A DNA stretch of 64,000 nucleotides, taken from positions 672,001 through 736,000 of the forward strand of contig JBEPYO010000001.1 of assembly GCA_041641295.1 (NCBI GenBank), given 5' to 3'. Source of the DNA: Nitrososphaerota archaeon (GTDB lineage Archaea > Thermoproteota > Nitrososphaeria_A > Caldarchaeales > Calditenuaceae). Shown one piece after another: positions 55,406 to 64,000 of this stretch. Within the stretch, counting starts at the first letter, position 1. Every line of letters starts with the position of its first letter. The notes under the pieces were generated by a model. It ran no database searches, had not been told where the DNA came from, and saw only the letters and a program-made list of their open reading frames with translations. Both the position numbers and the translations under genes were made by a program.

Positions 55406-56248
55406 GTGACGACATCGGTGGGGCGTCGCTGGGCAACGCTCCCTCTGATAACCCCCGCTATAGCCCTCCAATCACTCTTTTTCTTTTTGCCACTTATCAT
55501 GATCTTAATTGTGAGCTTTACATATAGGGACACATTCTTTTTTTCACCGGTTTATACTCTTGATAATTATGTCAAGATGTTTCGAATATATAGGATAGAT
55601 TTTCAGAACACATTCTTCTTGGCAGGCATGGCCGGTCTAATAGATATAATAATAGGCTACCCATTCGCCTATATCCTTCTCCGCAAAGTCACACGGTTTG
55701 CAGATGTATTCAGGGCGATACTAATCATACCCCTCTTCGGCGAGCTTTACATAGCATATGGTCTTCTTTACCTGATCCTTCCAGGCGGACCGGTTTCACG
55801 CCTCCTCGACACACTCGGCATATCACCTCTAGATGTCTTATACTCAGCCCCTATGGCGATATTTGGAATGTCGCTTTATACTCTGCCATTCGTTGTATAC
55901 AACATCGGCATATCTTTACAGGGGATAGACCGCTCTTATGAAGAGGCGGCAAGATGCTTAGGGGCTAGCAGGCTGAAGACATTTCTGAGGGTGACTCTAC
56001 CGCTAAGTCTTCCAGGAATAATAACTGGCTGGCTGACAAGTTTTGGATGGAACCTTGGAACACTTGCAATACCTGTACTTCTCGGCGGACCAATACTTGG
56101 AACCAGAGTCTTATCCAACCAAATATGGACAACCAGCCTAGTTACGTCCGACTTCGGAATGGGAGCTGCCATCGGCGTCATGGTCGTAGCAATAACTATG
56201 GTTGTCTTCTATGTTGTAGTTAAGTTTAGCAGGGGTGTCCTAATCTGA
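55406..56248 (+). CDS. ABC transporter permease (PotB-like)
   Basis: GYPFAY, EEAARCLGA and TLPLSLPG motifs. Confidence 0.9.
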   Translation: MTTSVGRRWATLPLITPAIALQSLFFFLPLIMILIVSFTYRDTFFFSPVYTLDNYVKMFRIYRIDFQNTFFLAGMAGLIDIIIGYPFAYILLRKVTRFADVFRAILIIPLFGELYIAYGLLYLILPGGPVSRLLDTLGISPLDVLYSAPMAIFGMSLYTLPFVVYNIGISLQGIDRSYEEAARCLGASRLKTFLRVTLPLSLPGIITGWLTSFGWNLGTLAIPVLLGGPILGTRVLSNQIWTTSLVTSDFGMGAAIGVMVVAITMVVFYVVVKFSRGVLI

Positions 56249-57060
56249 TGGGCAGAGGAATGTATGAAAGGCTCTCATCCATCCTATCTTATCTTTACCT
56301 CATCCTTGTCTGTACGGCAATACTCCTACCCCTTTCAATAACTCTATACAGGGCTATTGTCGTCTATAATCCTGACGGAAGCATAACTATATCGTTCCAA
56401 TCCTACACAATGATATCCGAGGCATTTTGGGATAAAGTGCTCGTAAACGTTTCAATATCGCTGCTTACTGTGGCGATAGATGTTGCTATAGCAGTTCCGG
56501 CAGCCTATGCTCTTGTAAAATATGAACTAAAGGCCAAGAGATTAATCTTTACTTATCTTAACGGCGTCTGGTATGTTCCTGGCATATCATACGGTCTCGC
56601 ACTTGTACTAAGTTACTATTTTGTCTATAAGTTCCTCTTAGGTTTTTGGGGGTTTGTAGTTGCATATTCCACTGGCTTCATGCTTTTAGCACTCTTAACA
56701 GCGATAGTGGCCTTCAGGAACCTCGACCCTGTCTATGAAGAGGCGGCTAGGTGTCTTGGGGCTGGGAGGCTGAAAACCTTCTTCAAAGTAACGCTACCCC
56801 TTGTTGGCCCCGGCATAACAGCTGGTGTCGTCCTAATTCTTGTATTATCACTGAATGAATTCATCACAGCCCTGTTATTGTCCGGCCCCACTAGGGTTAA
56901 AACGGCCCCGCTTCAGGTTTTCAGCGACATTAGACACGCGGGGATTCAACCGTTCGTTGCCGCAGAGGCGACCGTTCTCCAACTAGTATCACTTGCCATC
57001 GTGATTCTCTATCTAAAATTCTTTGGGACAAAATATTTGAGGGGGGCCATAATGATCTAA
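56248..57060 (+). CDS. ABC transporter permease (PotC-like)
   Basis: PAAYAL, EEAARCLGA and S.NEF motifs. Confidence 0.9.
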   Translation: MGRGMYERLSSILSYLYLILVCTAILLPLSITLYRAIVVYNPDGSITISFQSYTMISEAFWDKVLVNVSISLLTVAIDVAIAVPAAYALVKYELKAKRLIFTYLNGVWYVPGISYGLALVLSYYFVYKFLLGFWGFVVAYSTGFMLLALLTAIVAFRNLDPVYEEAARCLGAGRLKTFFKVTLPLVGPGITAGVVLILVLSLNEFITALLLSGPTRVKTAPLQVFSDIRHAGIQPFVAAEATVLQLVSLAIVILYLKFFGTKYLRGAIMI

Positions 57061-57065
57061 TCTAG

Positions 57066-58154
57066 GTGGAACTGATGACAAGAGTGGAGGCTATAGACCT
57101 CGTCAAGAGATATGGCTCATTCGTCGCTGTAGACAAAGTTACTCTCAGGGCGCGAGAAGGAGAGTTAGTAACTATCCTCGGTCCAAGTGGTTGTGGCAAA
57201 TCCACAACGCTGCGTATGCTCGCGGGTCTCATACAGCCTGATGGGGGGCGAATATTCTTCGATGAGAGAGACGTCACTTCTCTCCCTCCAGATAAGCGGA
57301 ATATAGGATTCGTATTTCAACGAGTAGCTCTATTTCCACACATGAATGTATACAAAAATGTAGCGTTTGGATTGGAAATGAGGAAAATGCCGAAAAGAGT
57401 GATTCAGGAAAGAGTGAAAGAAGCTCTGCGGCTGGTACATATGGAGGGGTATGAGGATAGAATGCCCTCCCAGCTAAGCGGTGGTCAAGCTCAAAGGGTG
57501 GAAATCGCACGCGTTCTAGCCACCGATCCTGAAGTCCTCCTCTTTGACGAGCCTCTCAGCAATATAGACGCGAAACTCAAGGACGAGCTGAAGTACGAGA
57601 TTAGAAGGATTCAGAGAGAGACTAGGAAGACATTGATATACGTGACCCACGACCAAGCTGAGGCTTTCGCTATATCAGACAGAGTTTACGTCATGAACAA
57701 TGGAAGAATAGAACAAGAAGGAACTCCACTTGAGATATACACTAACCCGAGAACACCTTTCATCGCCTCATTCATAGGGACAACTAACTTCATAGAGACG
57801 AGTTTAAAGGACTATGACGAGAAGGGTGGGATCGCGACACTTGAGGCCTCTGGACTAGAGATAAGAGTCAGGCATCCAAGCATCCTATTAGATAGGCGGA
57901 GGAGATACTTCATCAGCATAAGACCCGAAGACATAAAAGTGATTAATCCCGATGACCAGAAAAGCTATCTAAATTCTTTTAAGGGCACTGTTGAAGACGC
58001 CATCTTTATTGGAACAACCGTGAGACTGAACATAAACGTTAACGGGCTACTTCTAAAGGTTGACACTTACGGCGCTGAACGGTTCAACTTTTTGGACTCT
58101 AAGGGCAAGGAGGTTGTTATTGGGTTTGACAGCTGCACCATACTAAACATGTAA
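57066..58154 (+). CDS. ABC transporter ATP-binding protein (PotA-like, TOBE domain)
   Basis: GPSGCGKST, ALFPHM, LSGGQ, DEPLS and VTHDQ.EA motifs. Confidence 0.93.
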   Translation: MELMTRVEAIDLVKRYGSFVAVDKVTLRAREGELVTILGPSGCGKSTTLRMLAGLIQPDGGRIFFDERDVTSLPPDKRNIGFVFQRVALFPHMNVYKNVAFGLEMRKMPKRVIQERVKEALRLVHMEGYEDRMPSQLSGGQAQRVEIARVLATDPEVLLFDEPLSNIDAKLKDELKYEIRRIQRETRKTLIYVTHDQAEAFAISDRVYVMNNGRIEQEGTPLEIYTNPRTPFIASFIGTTNFIETSLKDYDEKGGIATLEASGLEIRVRHPSILLDRRRRYFISIRPEDIKVINPDDQKSYLNSFKGTVEDAIFIGTTVRLNINVNGLLLKVDTYGAERFNFLDSKGKEVVIGFDSCTILNM

Positions 58155-58229
58155 TTACTAAATATATTTGTATAAATGCAGGTGTTGTTTAAGCTTCTCC
58201 CTATGCAGAGGAGTGGTGGCGCTTCAAGT

Positions 58230-59012
58230 TTAGGTTTTTAACTCTTTAAGTATTTTTACGATTGTCTTCGCTTTTTCTTCTTCTGAGCCCTCGAGGAACT
58301 TTCTCAGCCTCTGGGGTGGCGCTATTGACTGGAGCTCGATTACGTCTGTCCTTGACCCTGTCTTGCCTGTGAGGTTTAAATCCAGCTCGAGGTCGTTAGC
58401 AGTCCACACTGTTATTTTGAACTCTCGTTCGGCCCATCTCTTTCTCTTAAAGTCGGGAAATCTGGGCGTGTTGCTTCCTAGCTCTACTGACACTACTACA
58501 GGTAACGGTACTTTCACCACTTCATACCCGCCTCTTACCGTGCGTTTAGCTACTACAGCTCTATCCTCTATGCTAATTTGTGATACATAGGAGATGTTGT
58601 GGTATCCGAGCCACTCGGCTATCTGGGGAGGGACCTGAGATGTTCCTGAGTCAGAGGTACTCTCGCCGCAGAGGACTATGTCTGGCTTTAGCCTTTTTAT
58701 GGCCTGGGCTAAGACATATGATGTGGCGTATGTGTCTGCCCCCGCGAAGGCTTTGTCGGAGAGGAGTATCGCGTCGTCAGCGCCCATAGCTACGCACAGC
58801 TTTAGGAAGGGCTCAAAGAATGGTGGTCCCATAGACAACACTGTGACCTTCCCACCATGCCTGTCCTTGAGTTGCAGCGCTGCCTCGACGGCGTTTTTAT
58901 CTGCATCGTTCAGCTCATTCTCAGCCGATGCCCTGTCCACTGTCTTAGTTATTGGGTCAAACCTAACTTGCTCAACCTTTGGAACAACCTTAACACACAC
59001 CACTATGTCCAT
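58230..59012 (-). CDS. etfB: Electron transfer flavoprotein beta subunit (EtfB/FixA)
   Basis: IVVCVK.VP, SMGP, AMGAD, GADT.ATS and N.PR motifs. Start trimmed to ATG 59012. Confidence 0.92.
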   Translation of the reverse strand: MDIVVCVKVVPKVEQVRFDPITKTVDRASAENELNDADKNAVEAALQLKDRHGGKVTVLSMGPPFFEPFLKLCVAMGADDAILLSDKAFAGADTYATSYVLAQAIKRLKPDIVLCGESTSDSGTSQVPPQIAEWLGYHNISYVSQISIEDRAVVAKRTVRGGYEVVKVPLPVVVSVELGSNTPRFPDFKRKRWAEREFKITVWTANDLELDLNLTGKTGSRTDVIELQSIAPPQRLRKFLEGSEEEKAKTIVKILKELKT

Positions 59013-59013
59013 T

Positions 59014-59994
59014 TCATCCACCCTCCTTCTCAAGCTCCTCAACAATCCTTGGAACTAGTTTGAATAGGTCAGCTTCCACGCAGTAGTCGGAGAACTGGAA
59101 TATCGGGGCGTTTCTGTCGATGTTGACCGAGATTACTGTCTTCACATCGCGGATACCTGAGACGAAGTGTGACGCTCCACTAACTCCTAGGATTAAAGCA
59201 ATCTTAGATCTTAGGCTGACGCCTGTGGAGCCTACTTGAACGTCTCTGGGTGCAAGGCCTAGGTCTGCTAGGGGCCTCGTTACCGCCAGTTGTGCACCCA
59301 TTTTCTCGGCGAGCGTCTTGATGAGGGTGAGGTCTCCTCCGGTCCCCATCCCTGCCACAACAACTTTTTCAGCCCTCGTAATGTCCACCACCTTTGCCAC
59401 ATGCCTCTCAACTATTTTCCACCCATCTGTCGGATGGAGATCAGGGCTAAACCTTTGGATCTCCGCCTCACGCCCTGTTGGGCTCGGCTTCTCGAAAACT
59501 CCCGGCCTCACCGTCGCAATCTGTAGGACGCCTGGCCTGAATTTGCAGACAGCTACGATGCTCCCGCCAAAGCCCGGTACATGTCCTATTAGTCTCCCGT
59601 CTGAGGGGTCTATGCCGAGGTATGTTACATGGGCTATTAGTCCTGCCCCAGTCCTAACGGCCAGCCTAGCGGCTATGTCGACCCCATTATAGGTTGCTCC
59701 GAAAAGCACTGTCTCGGGTTTCTCCCTCTCAACCAGCTGGTGTAGGGCCATGGCGTGTTTCGCCGGGTCATAGACAGCCAGTTCACTGTGTTCAACATAG
59801 TACACTTTGTCGACGGGGTATCTTGAGACTTCTTTGACGATTTCTTCCATTCCCCAGCCTGTTAGGACGGCTGCAGTTCTCGTATTACTCTGAGCCCCAA
59901 GTTCAGCCGCTTTACCGATTATCTCCAATGATACATCCTCAATCCCTTCGGGCCCCACTTCCACGAAAGACCATATCTCACCCATCTTGACCAC
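59014..59994 (-). CDS. etfA: Electron transfer flavoprotein alpha subunit (EtfA/FixB)
   Basis: TVRPG, QVG.TG, G.SGA and N.D..APIF..DY motifs. Confidence 0.9.
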   Translation of the reverse strand: MVKMGEIWSFVEVGPEGIEDVSLEIIGKAAELGAQSNTRTAAVLTGWGMEEIVKEVSRYPVDKVYYVEHSELAVYDPAKHAMALHQLVEREKPETVLFGATYNGVDIAARLAVRTGAGLIAHVTYLGIDPSDGRLIGHVPGFGGSIVAVCKFRPGVLQIATVRPGVFEKPSPTGREAEIQRFSPDLHPTDGWKIVERHVAKVVDITRAEKVVVAGMGTGGDLTLIKTLAEKMGAQLAVTRPLADLGLAPRDVQVGSTGVSLRSKIALILGVSGASHFVSGIRDVKTVISVNIDRNAPIFQFSDYCVEADLFKLVPRIVEELEKEGG

Positions 59995-61117
59995 CTACCG
60001 CAGCTTCTAGAAGCTCCGCAACATCCATTACCCTAAGGGGTGCTTTCTGAACCTTTGCAGAGTCTTCGAAGTTTATTATGCAGTAGGGGCACGAGGTTAC
60101 CAAGATTTCTGACCCTGTTTCAACTGCTTGTTTTACCCTCATGTTTGATGGTCTCTCCTCGGGTTTTGACTCCAACAGTATCCGCCCCCCTCCTCCTCCG
60201 CAGCAGAGGGATAGTTCTTTTGAGAGGCTCATTTCTGAGAATGAAAGTTGTTTGACACTCTCTATCAGTCTTCGAGGCTGTTCGTATATCTTTGCGTATC
60301 TACCTAGATAGCATGGGTCGTGATAGGTTACTCTCGCATCTAGCTGTGCATTGAGTGATAGTTTCCCCGCGTCCATGAGCTCTGCGAGATACTCTGTGTA
60401 GTGGTGGACCTCATACTCTCCTCCATACTTGGGATAGATGTCCCGGAACATGATGTAGCAGTGGGGGGAGAGGGCTATTATCCTCCTGATACCTAGAGAG
60501 TTGAACTTGGCTATGTTCTCGCTGACCAGTTCTTCAAGGAAGTCTGTCTCACCGGCGTGAAAGACGGGGTCGCCGCAACACCTCTCTTCGTCTCCGAGGA
60601 CTGTGAAATCGACTCCTGCCTTAAGAAGGAGCTTCACTATCGCGGATGCTATTCTCTGGAGTCGTATATCGTAAGATGAGATGCATCCGATGTAGAGGAG
60701 CGTATCGCTTCTCTTCTTCGCTATGTTTGAGCCCAGCTTGTCGAGCCATTGGCCTCTTGTCCGGGAGGGGTAGCCCCACGGGTTTCCATCCTCATAGACC
60801 CTCCAGAGGGCTTGAGTGAGTTGTGCGGGGGTTCTGTTGCTCCTGAACCAGATTCTCCTCAACTCTTGAATTACTCTTGTGACTTTAACATTTCGCGGGC
60901 ATACTGATTCGCATGCCCTGCACATCATGCAGAGGTATGGGTCGATGTTTACTGGGAGGCCTAGCTGTATCCTTCGGAGAAGCTGTCTTGGGCTTAGTTT
61001 GGGGCCGTCAAATATGTTGAGGGGGCAGGCGGCCGTGCATGCTCCGCACTGGAAGCAGGCCGCAATGTTTTCGGCTAGATCCCTGTCTTTGACGAGGTCT
61101 GATAGTAGTTGGTACAT
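59978..61117 (-). CDS. HdrD/GlpC-like Fe-S oxidoreductase (2x[4Fe-4S] + two CCG domains)
   Basis: CFQCGACTAACP, CMMCRACESVCP, GNPW, ERCCG, YHDPCYLGR, CCGGGG and CPYC motifs. Confidence 0.9.
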   Translation of the reverse strand: MYQLLSDLVKDRDLAENIAACFQCGACTAACPLNIFDGPKLSPRQLLRRIQLGLPVNIDPYLCMMCRACESVCPRNVKVTRVIQELRRIWFRSNRTPAQLTQALWRVYEDGNPWGYPSRTRGQWLDKLGSNIAKKRSDTLLYIGCISSYDIRLQRIASAIVKLLLKAGVDFTVLGDEERCCGDPVFHAGETDFLEELVSENIAKFNSLGIRRIIALSPHCYIMFRDIYPKYGGEYEVHHYTEYLAELMDAGKLSLNAQLDARVTYHDPCYLGRYAKIYEQPRRLIESVKQLSFSEMSLSKELSLCCGGGGGRILLESKPEERPSNMRVKQAVETGSEILVTSCPYCIINFEDSAKVQKAPLRVMDVAELLEAAVGGQDG

Positions 61118-64000
61118 TTAGCCGCTCACCTCCATCTTCGCCTTTTTCAGACTCATCACGACCTCGTGGGCCTCAGTCATCTTCTCTGCAAACCTCTTGG
61201 CCTCTGCGGCGCTTATCCAGTGTAGCTGGAGCCTCTTCGGATCTATGTTGCGGGCCTGTATTATTTTGAGCCATTGCTCGTATCGTCTCTTAGTGTTGAG
61301 GTTGGCGTAGTTGTAGTGGCAGTCCTGTGGCCAACAGCCTGTTACGAAGACGGCCCCGGCACCCTTCTTGAATGCGTGCAAAATTAGCTTCTGCGAAACG
61401 CGTGCAGAGCACATTGTCCGTATGACCCTGCATGTAGGCGGGTACTGTATCTTGAGGATACCTGCTAGGTCTGCTCCTGCGTAGCTGCACCAGTTACAGG
61501 CGAAGACTATTGCCTTCTCCTCCGGGTTCTCAGCTAGCGCCGCGTCTATTTGCGCCATTATTTGCTCGTCTGTGAACCCAGGCATCGTTATAGCCCCCTC
61601 GACGTTACACTCGGCAACACATGCACCACATCCTTGGCAGAGGCCCGGAATGATCTCTATCCATTTTCTCAGTTCGCCTCTGATCGCACCATATGGGCAG
61701 ACCTGCGCGCACCTCATGCACTTAGTGCATTTTTGCGGGTCTATGACTGGGATGAAGGGCTCTTTCTCGAGCTGTGGTGATGTGAGGAGTGCGGCTGCCT
61801 TTGCGGCTGCGGCCAATCCCTGCGAGATGCTCTCCCTAACATCTTTGGGTCCTTGGGCGACCCCTGCGAGAAAGACGCCCTGTGTTATTGATTCAACAGG
61901 GCCCAGCTTTGGATGGAGTTCGAGGAAGAATCCCTCCGAGTCCTTGGCGACTCTGAGCTGCTGAGCCGCCGCAATCTCTCCCGGAGGATCTATGGCGGTA
62001 GCCAGCACGACGTAGTCTGCTGGTATATTTAGTGTCTCTCCAATTGTGATGTCTCGCACCGTTATGCCGCCCTCGCCTATTTGGACAAGGTCTTCAATCG
62101 GCTTTTCCGTTCCAACCCTGATGAATCTTACACCTTCTTCGCAGGCTTTCCTGTAAAGCTCCTCAGCCCCACGCCCATAGGTCCTCACGTCCTTGACAAT
62201 AACTGAGACGTTCTTTCCGCTCTTCCTAAGCTTGAGGGCGTGGTAGGTAATGGTCTGGCAGCAATATCTTGAGCACCCCCTATTCAGGTTCCTAGAACCC
62301 ACACATCCGATAAAGACTATGTTACTAGCATCCTTTGGAACGCCGTCCATCTCGTATTCAAGCAGTGTCACAACTTTTGGCCTGTCAGTTCCGATTATAG
62401 GCCAGTTTGGCTCGTGGACTTTACCGCCTGTGGCTAAGATTATGGCGCCTACGTCTAGTTCCTCGCCGTTGGATAGTTTTACGTGGTAGTTGCCGACGAA
62501 CCCTGTTACTTCTGTCACCTCTGTGCCCAAGTGGACCTTGGCACCAGACCTCTCAAGCTGTTTTATCTTCCACTGCAGGAAGCGCTGTGCATCTATGCCG
62601 GAGGGGGCAATTTCTTTAAGATGTCTGAGGAGGCCGCCTAGCTCGTGTTCCTTCTCAACTAGATGTGTCTCGAACCCCATCTCTGCAAGGGCGGTGGCGG
62701 CGGTTATCCCAGCCACACCTCCCCCGATTACTAGGGCCTTTTGCTGGACGGGGGTGAACAGCTTGGTCATTGGGTTTTGTCGGACCACTTTGGCGACCGC
62801 CATCGAGATTAGGTCTATGGCTTTCCTAGTTGCCTCTTCGGGTTGGTTCTTGTGAACCCAAGAGTTGAGGTTGCGTATGTTAGCCATCTCAATGAGGTAT
62901 GGGTTAAGCCCTGCCCTTGCACAGGCCCTCATGAAGGTTGGGCTATGGGTCTTCGGCGAACAGGCAGCTATAACAATCCTGTTGAGCCTCTTCTCCCTTA
63001 TCACATTCTCGATATGCTTCGTACCAGCTCCAGAGCATGAGAACCTCTGGTCCTCTACATGCACTACATAGGGTATTTTCTTGGACTGTTCAACGGCAGT
63101 TTTTATATCGACTACCCCAGCTATATTAGATCCGCAGTGGCAGATGAAGACCCCAACGCGGGGCTCCCCCAGGGCGTCTATCGTTTCCTCGAAAATTTCG
63201 GGTTCTACGGACCTTGAGGTCAGATGAGTTAGCGCCTTCGCAGCGGCCGCACCCGCCTCTGTAACACTGTCGGGAATGTCCTTGGGACCGCTCGCACATC
63301 CACAGACGTATATCCCTCTCCTCGATGTTCCGACGAAGTCTCCGTCAATCTCGTATGATTTGATGAAGCCGTCTTCTCCCACCTCTATCCCAAGGGTTTT
63401 AGCCAGTCTGTTTAATTCTTCTGATGGAACGAGGGCCGTTGAAAGGACAACCATGTCGAAGGTTTCTCTCCGCAGCTCTCCTGTGGTCGTGTCCTCATAG
63501 ACTACGTCTATGCCTTCGCCGTTGGGGATAACTCTTCCAGGCCTGCTCCGTATAAATCTGACACCACTCTTCTTCGCCCTCTCAAACATCTCGTCGAAGC
63601 CCTTTCCATAAGCCCTTATGTCCATGTAGAATATTGTGACGTCTTTGATTCCATGGTCGACAAGCTGCAGCGCCTCCTTAATACTGTACATGCAGCAGAC
63701 CCTGCTGCAGAAGCTGTAGAACCTTTTATCACGAGCACCAACGCATAGGATGAATGCTACTCTCTCCGGGTGGCGGTGGTTGCTGGGCTTTATGACCTCA
63801 CCCCTTGAAGGGCCGCTCGACTGCAGCAGTCTCTCGAGCTCCATCGCCGTGAGGATGTCGGGGTGTCTTCCATAGCCGAACTCAGGGATTAGCGAGGCGT
63901 CAAAGAGGTCCGAGCCAGCCGCAACTATTATTGCGCCTACATTCAGTTCATGGATCTTCTCCCTCATCTCGAAGTCTATGCATTTTGGCCCGCATGCCTC
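61118..64000 (-). CDS. hdrA: Multi-domain HdrA-family flavoprotein fused to MvhD, 5' end beyond the window edge
   Basis: Two CVG.R...CS..CC / D.R.YG repeats, FICHCG.NI, GGG.AG and ferredoxin motifs; C-terminal CNWCSY.GAD...MCS.R...GC...DCHY (MvhD). The frame stays open to 64000 (EACGPKCIDFE-MREK). Confidence 0.92.
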   Translation of the reverse strand, partial: EACGPKCIDFEMREKIHELNVGAIIVAAGSDLFDASLIPEFGYGRHPDILTAMELERLLQSSGPSRGEVIKPSNHRHPERVAFILCVGARDKRFYSFCSRVCCMYSIKEALQLVDHGIKDVTIFYMDIRAYGKGFDEMFERAKKSGVRFIRSRPGRVIPNGEGIDVVYEDTTTGELRRETFDMVVLSTALVPSEELNRLAKTLGIEVGEDGFIKSYEIDGDFVGTSRRGIYVCGCASGPKDIPDSVTEAGAAAAKALTHLTSRSVEPEIFEETIDALGEPRVGVFICHCGSNIAGVVDIKTAVEQSKKIPYVVHVEDQRFSCSGAGTKHIENVIREKRLNRIVIAACSPKTHSPTFMRACARAGLNPYLIEMANIRNLNSWVHKNQPEEATRKAIDLISMAVAKVVRQNPMTKLFTPVQQKALVIGGGVAGITAATALAEMGFETHLVEKEHELGGLLRHLKEIAPSGIDAQRFLQWKIKQLERSGAKVHLGTEVTEVTGFVGNYHVKLSNGEELDVGAIILATGGKVHEPNWPIIGTDRPKVVTLLEYEMDGVPKDASNIVFIGCVGSRNLNRGCSRYCCQTITYHALKLRKSGKNVSVIVKDVRTYGRGAEELYRKACEEGVRFIRVGTEKPIEDLVQIGEGGITVRDITIGETLNIPADYVVLATAIDPPGEIAAAQQLRVAKDSEGFFLELHPKLGPVESITQGVFLAGVAQGPKDVRESISQGLAAAAKAAALLTSPQLEKEPFIPVIDPQKCTKCMRCAQVCPYGAIRGELRKWIEIIPGLCQGCGACVAECNVEGAITMPGFTDEQIMAQIDAALAENPEEKAIVFACNWCSYAGADLAGILKIQYPPTCRVIRTMCSARVSQKLILHAFKKGAGAVFVTGCWPQDCHYNYANLNTKRRYEQWLKIIQARNIDPKRLQLHWISAAEAKRFAEKMTEAHEVVMSLKKAKMEVSG

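Overview
A gene-dense archaeal chromosomal segment. Markers are PriL, PCNA, PINA ATPase, archaeal TpiA, PyrB-PyrI, Thi4, TATA-box leaderless promoters and frequent GTG/TTG starts. Gene content suggests a thermophilic, probably oxygen-tolerant TACK lineage such as Caldarchaeales/'Aigarchaeota' (inference only). About 50 CDS cover core functions (primase, PCNA, SHMT, PPDK, GlnA, pyrimidine and thiamine synthesis) and heterotrophic or redox modules (LutBC, malate synthase, GlcD, GH127, PhnDCE, a Tat-exported PotABCD-like transporter, an orphan CoxL-like subunit, and an HdrA-MvhD/HdrD/EtfAB operon running off the right edge). There is one tRNA-Val(GAC). No CRISPR array, transposase or rRNA was seen. 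Most notable: (1) an unannotated ~183-nt GC-rich, four-way-junction minus-strand RNA at 45505-45687 with its own TATA box, G-U pairs that fix the strand, and no match I can recognise to tRNA, SRP or RNase P; (2) an ATPase-less three-gene operon built on a 1581-aa PA/pseudo-M28-peptidase/MacB-FtsX fusion; (3) a SAM-methyltransferase/Ddl-like ATP-grasp fusion; (4) a 43-codon leaderless ORF abutting glnA; (5) probable CTG initiation. All protein calls come from motif recognition by eye, not from database searches.
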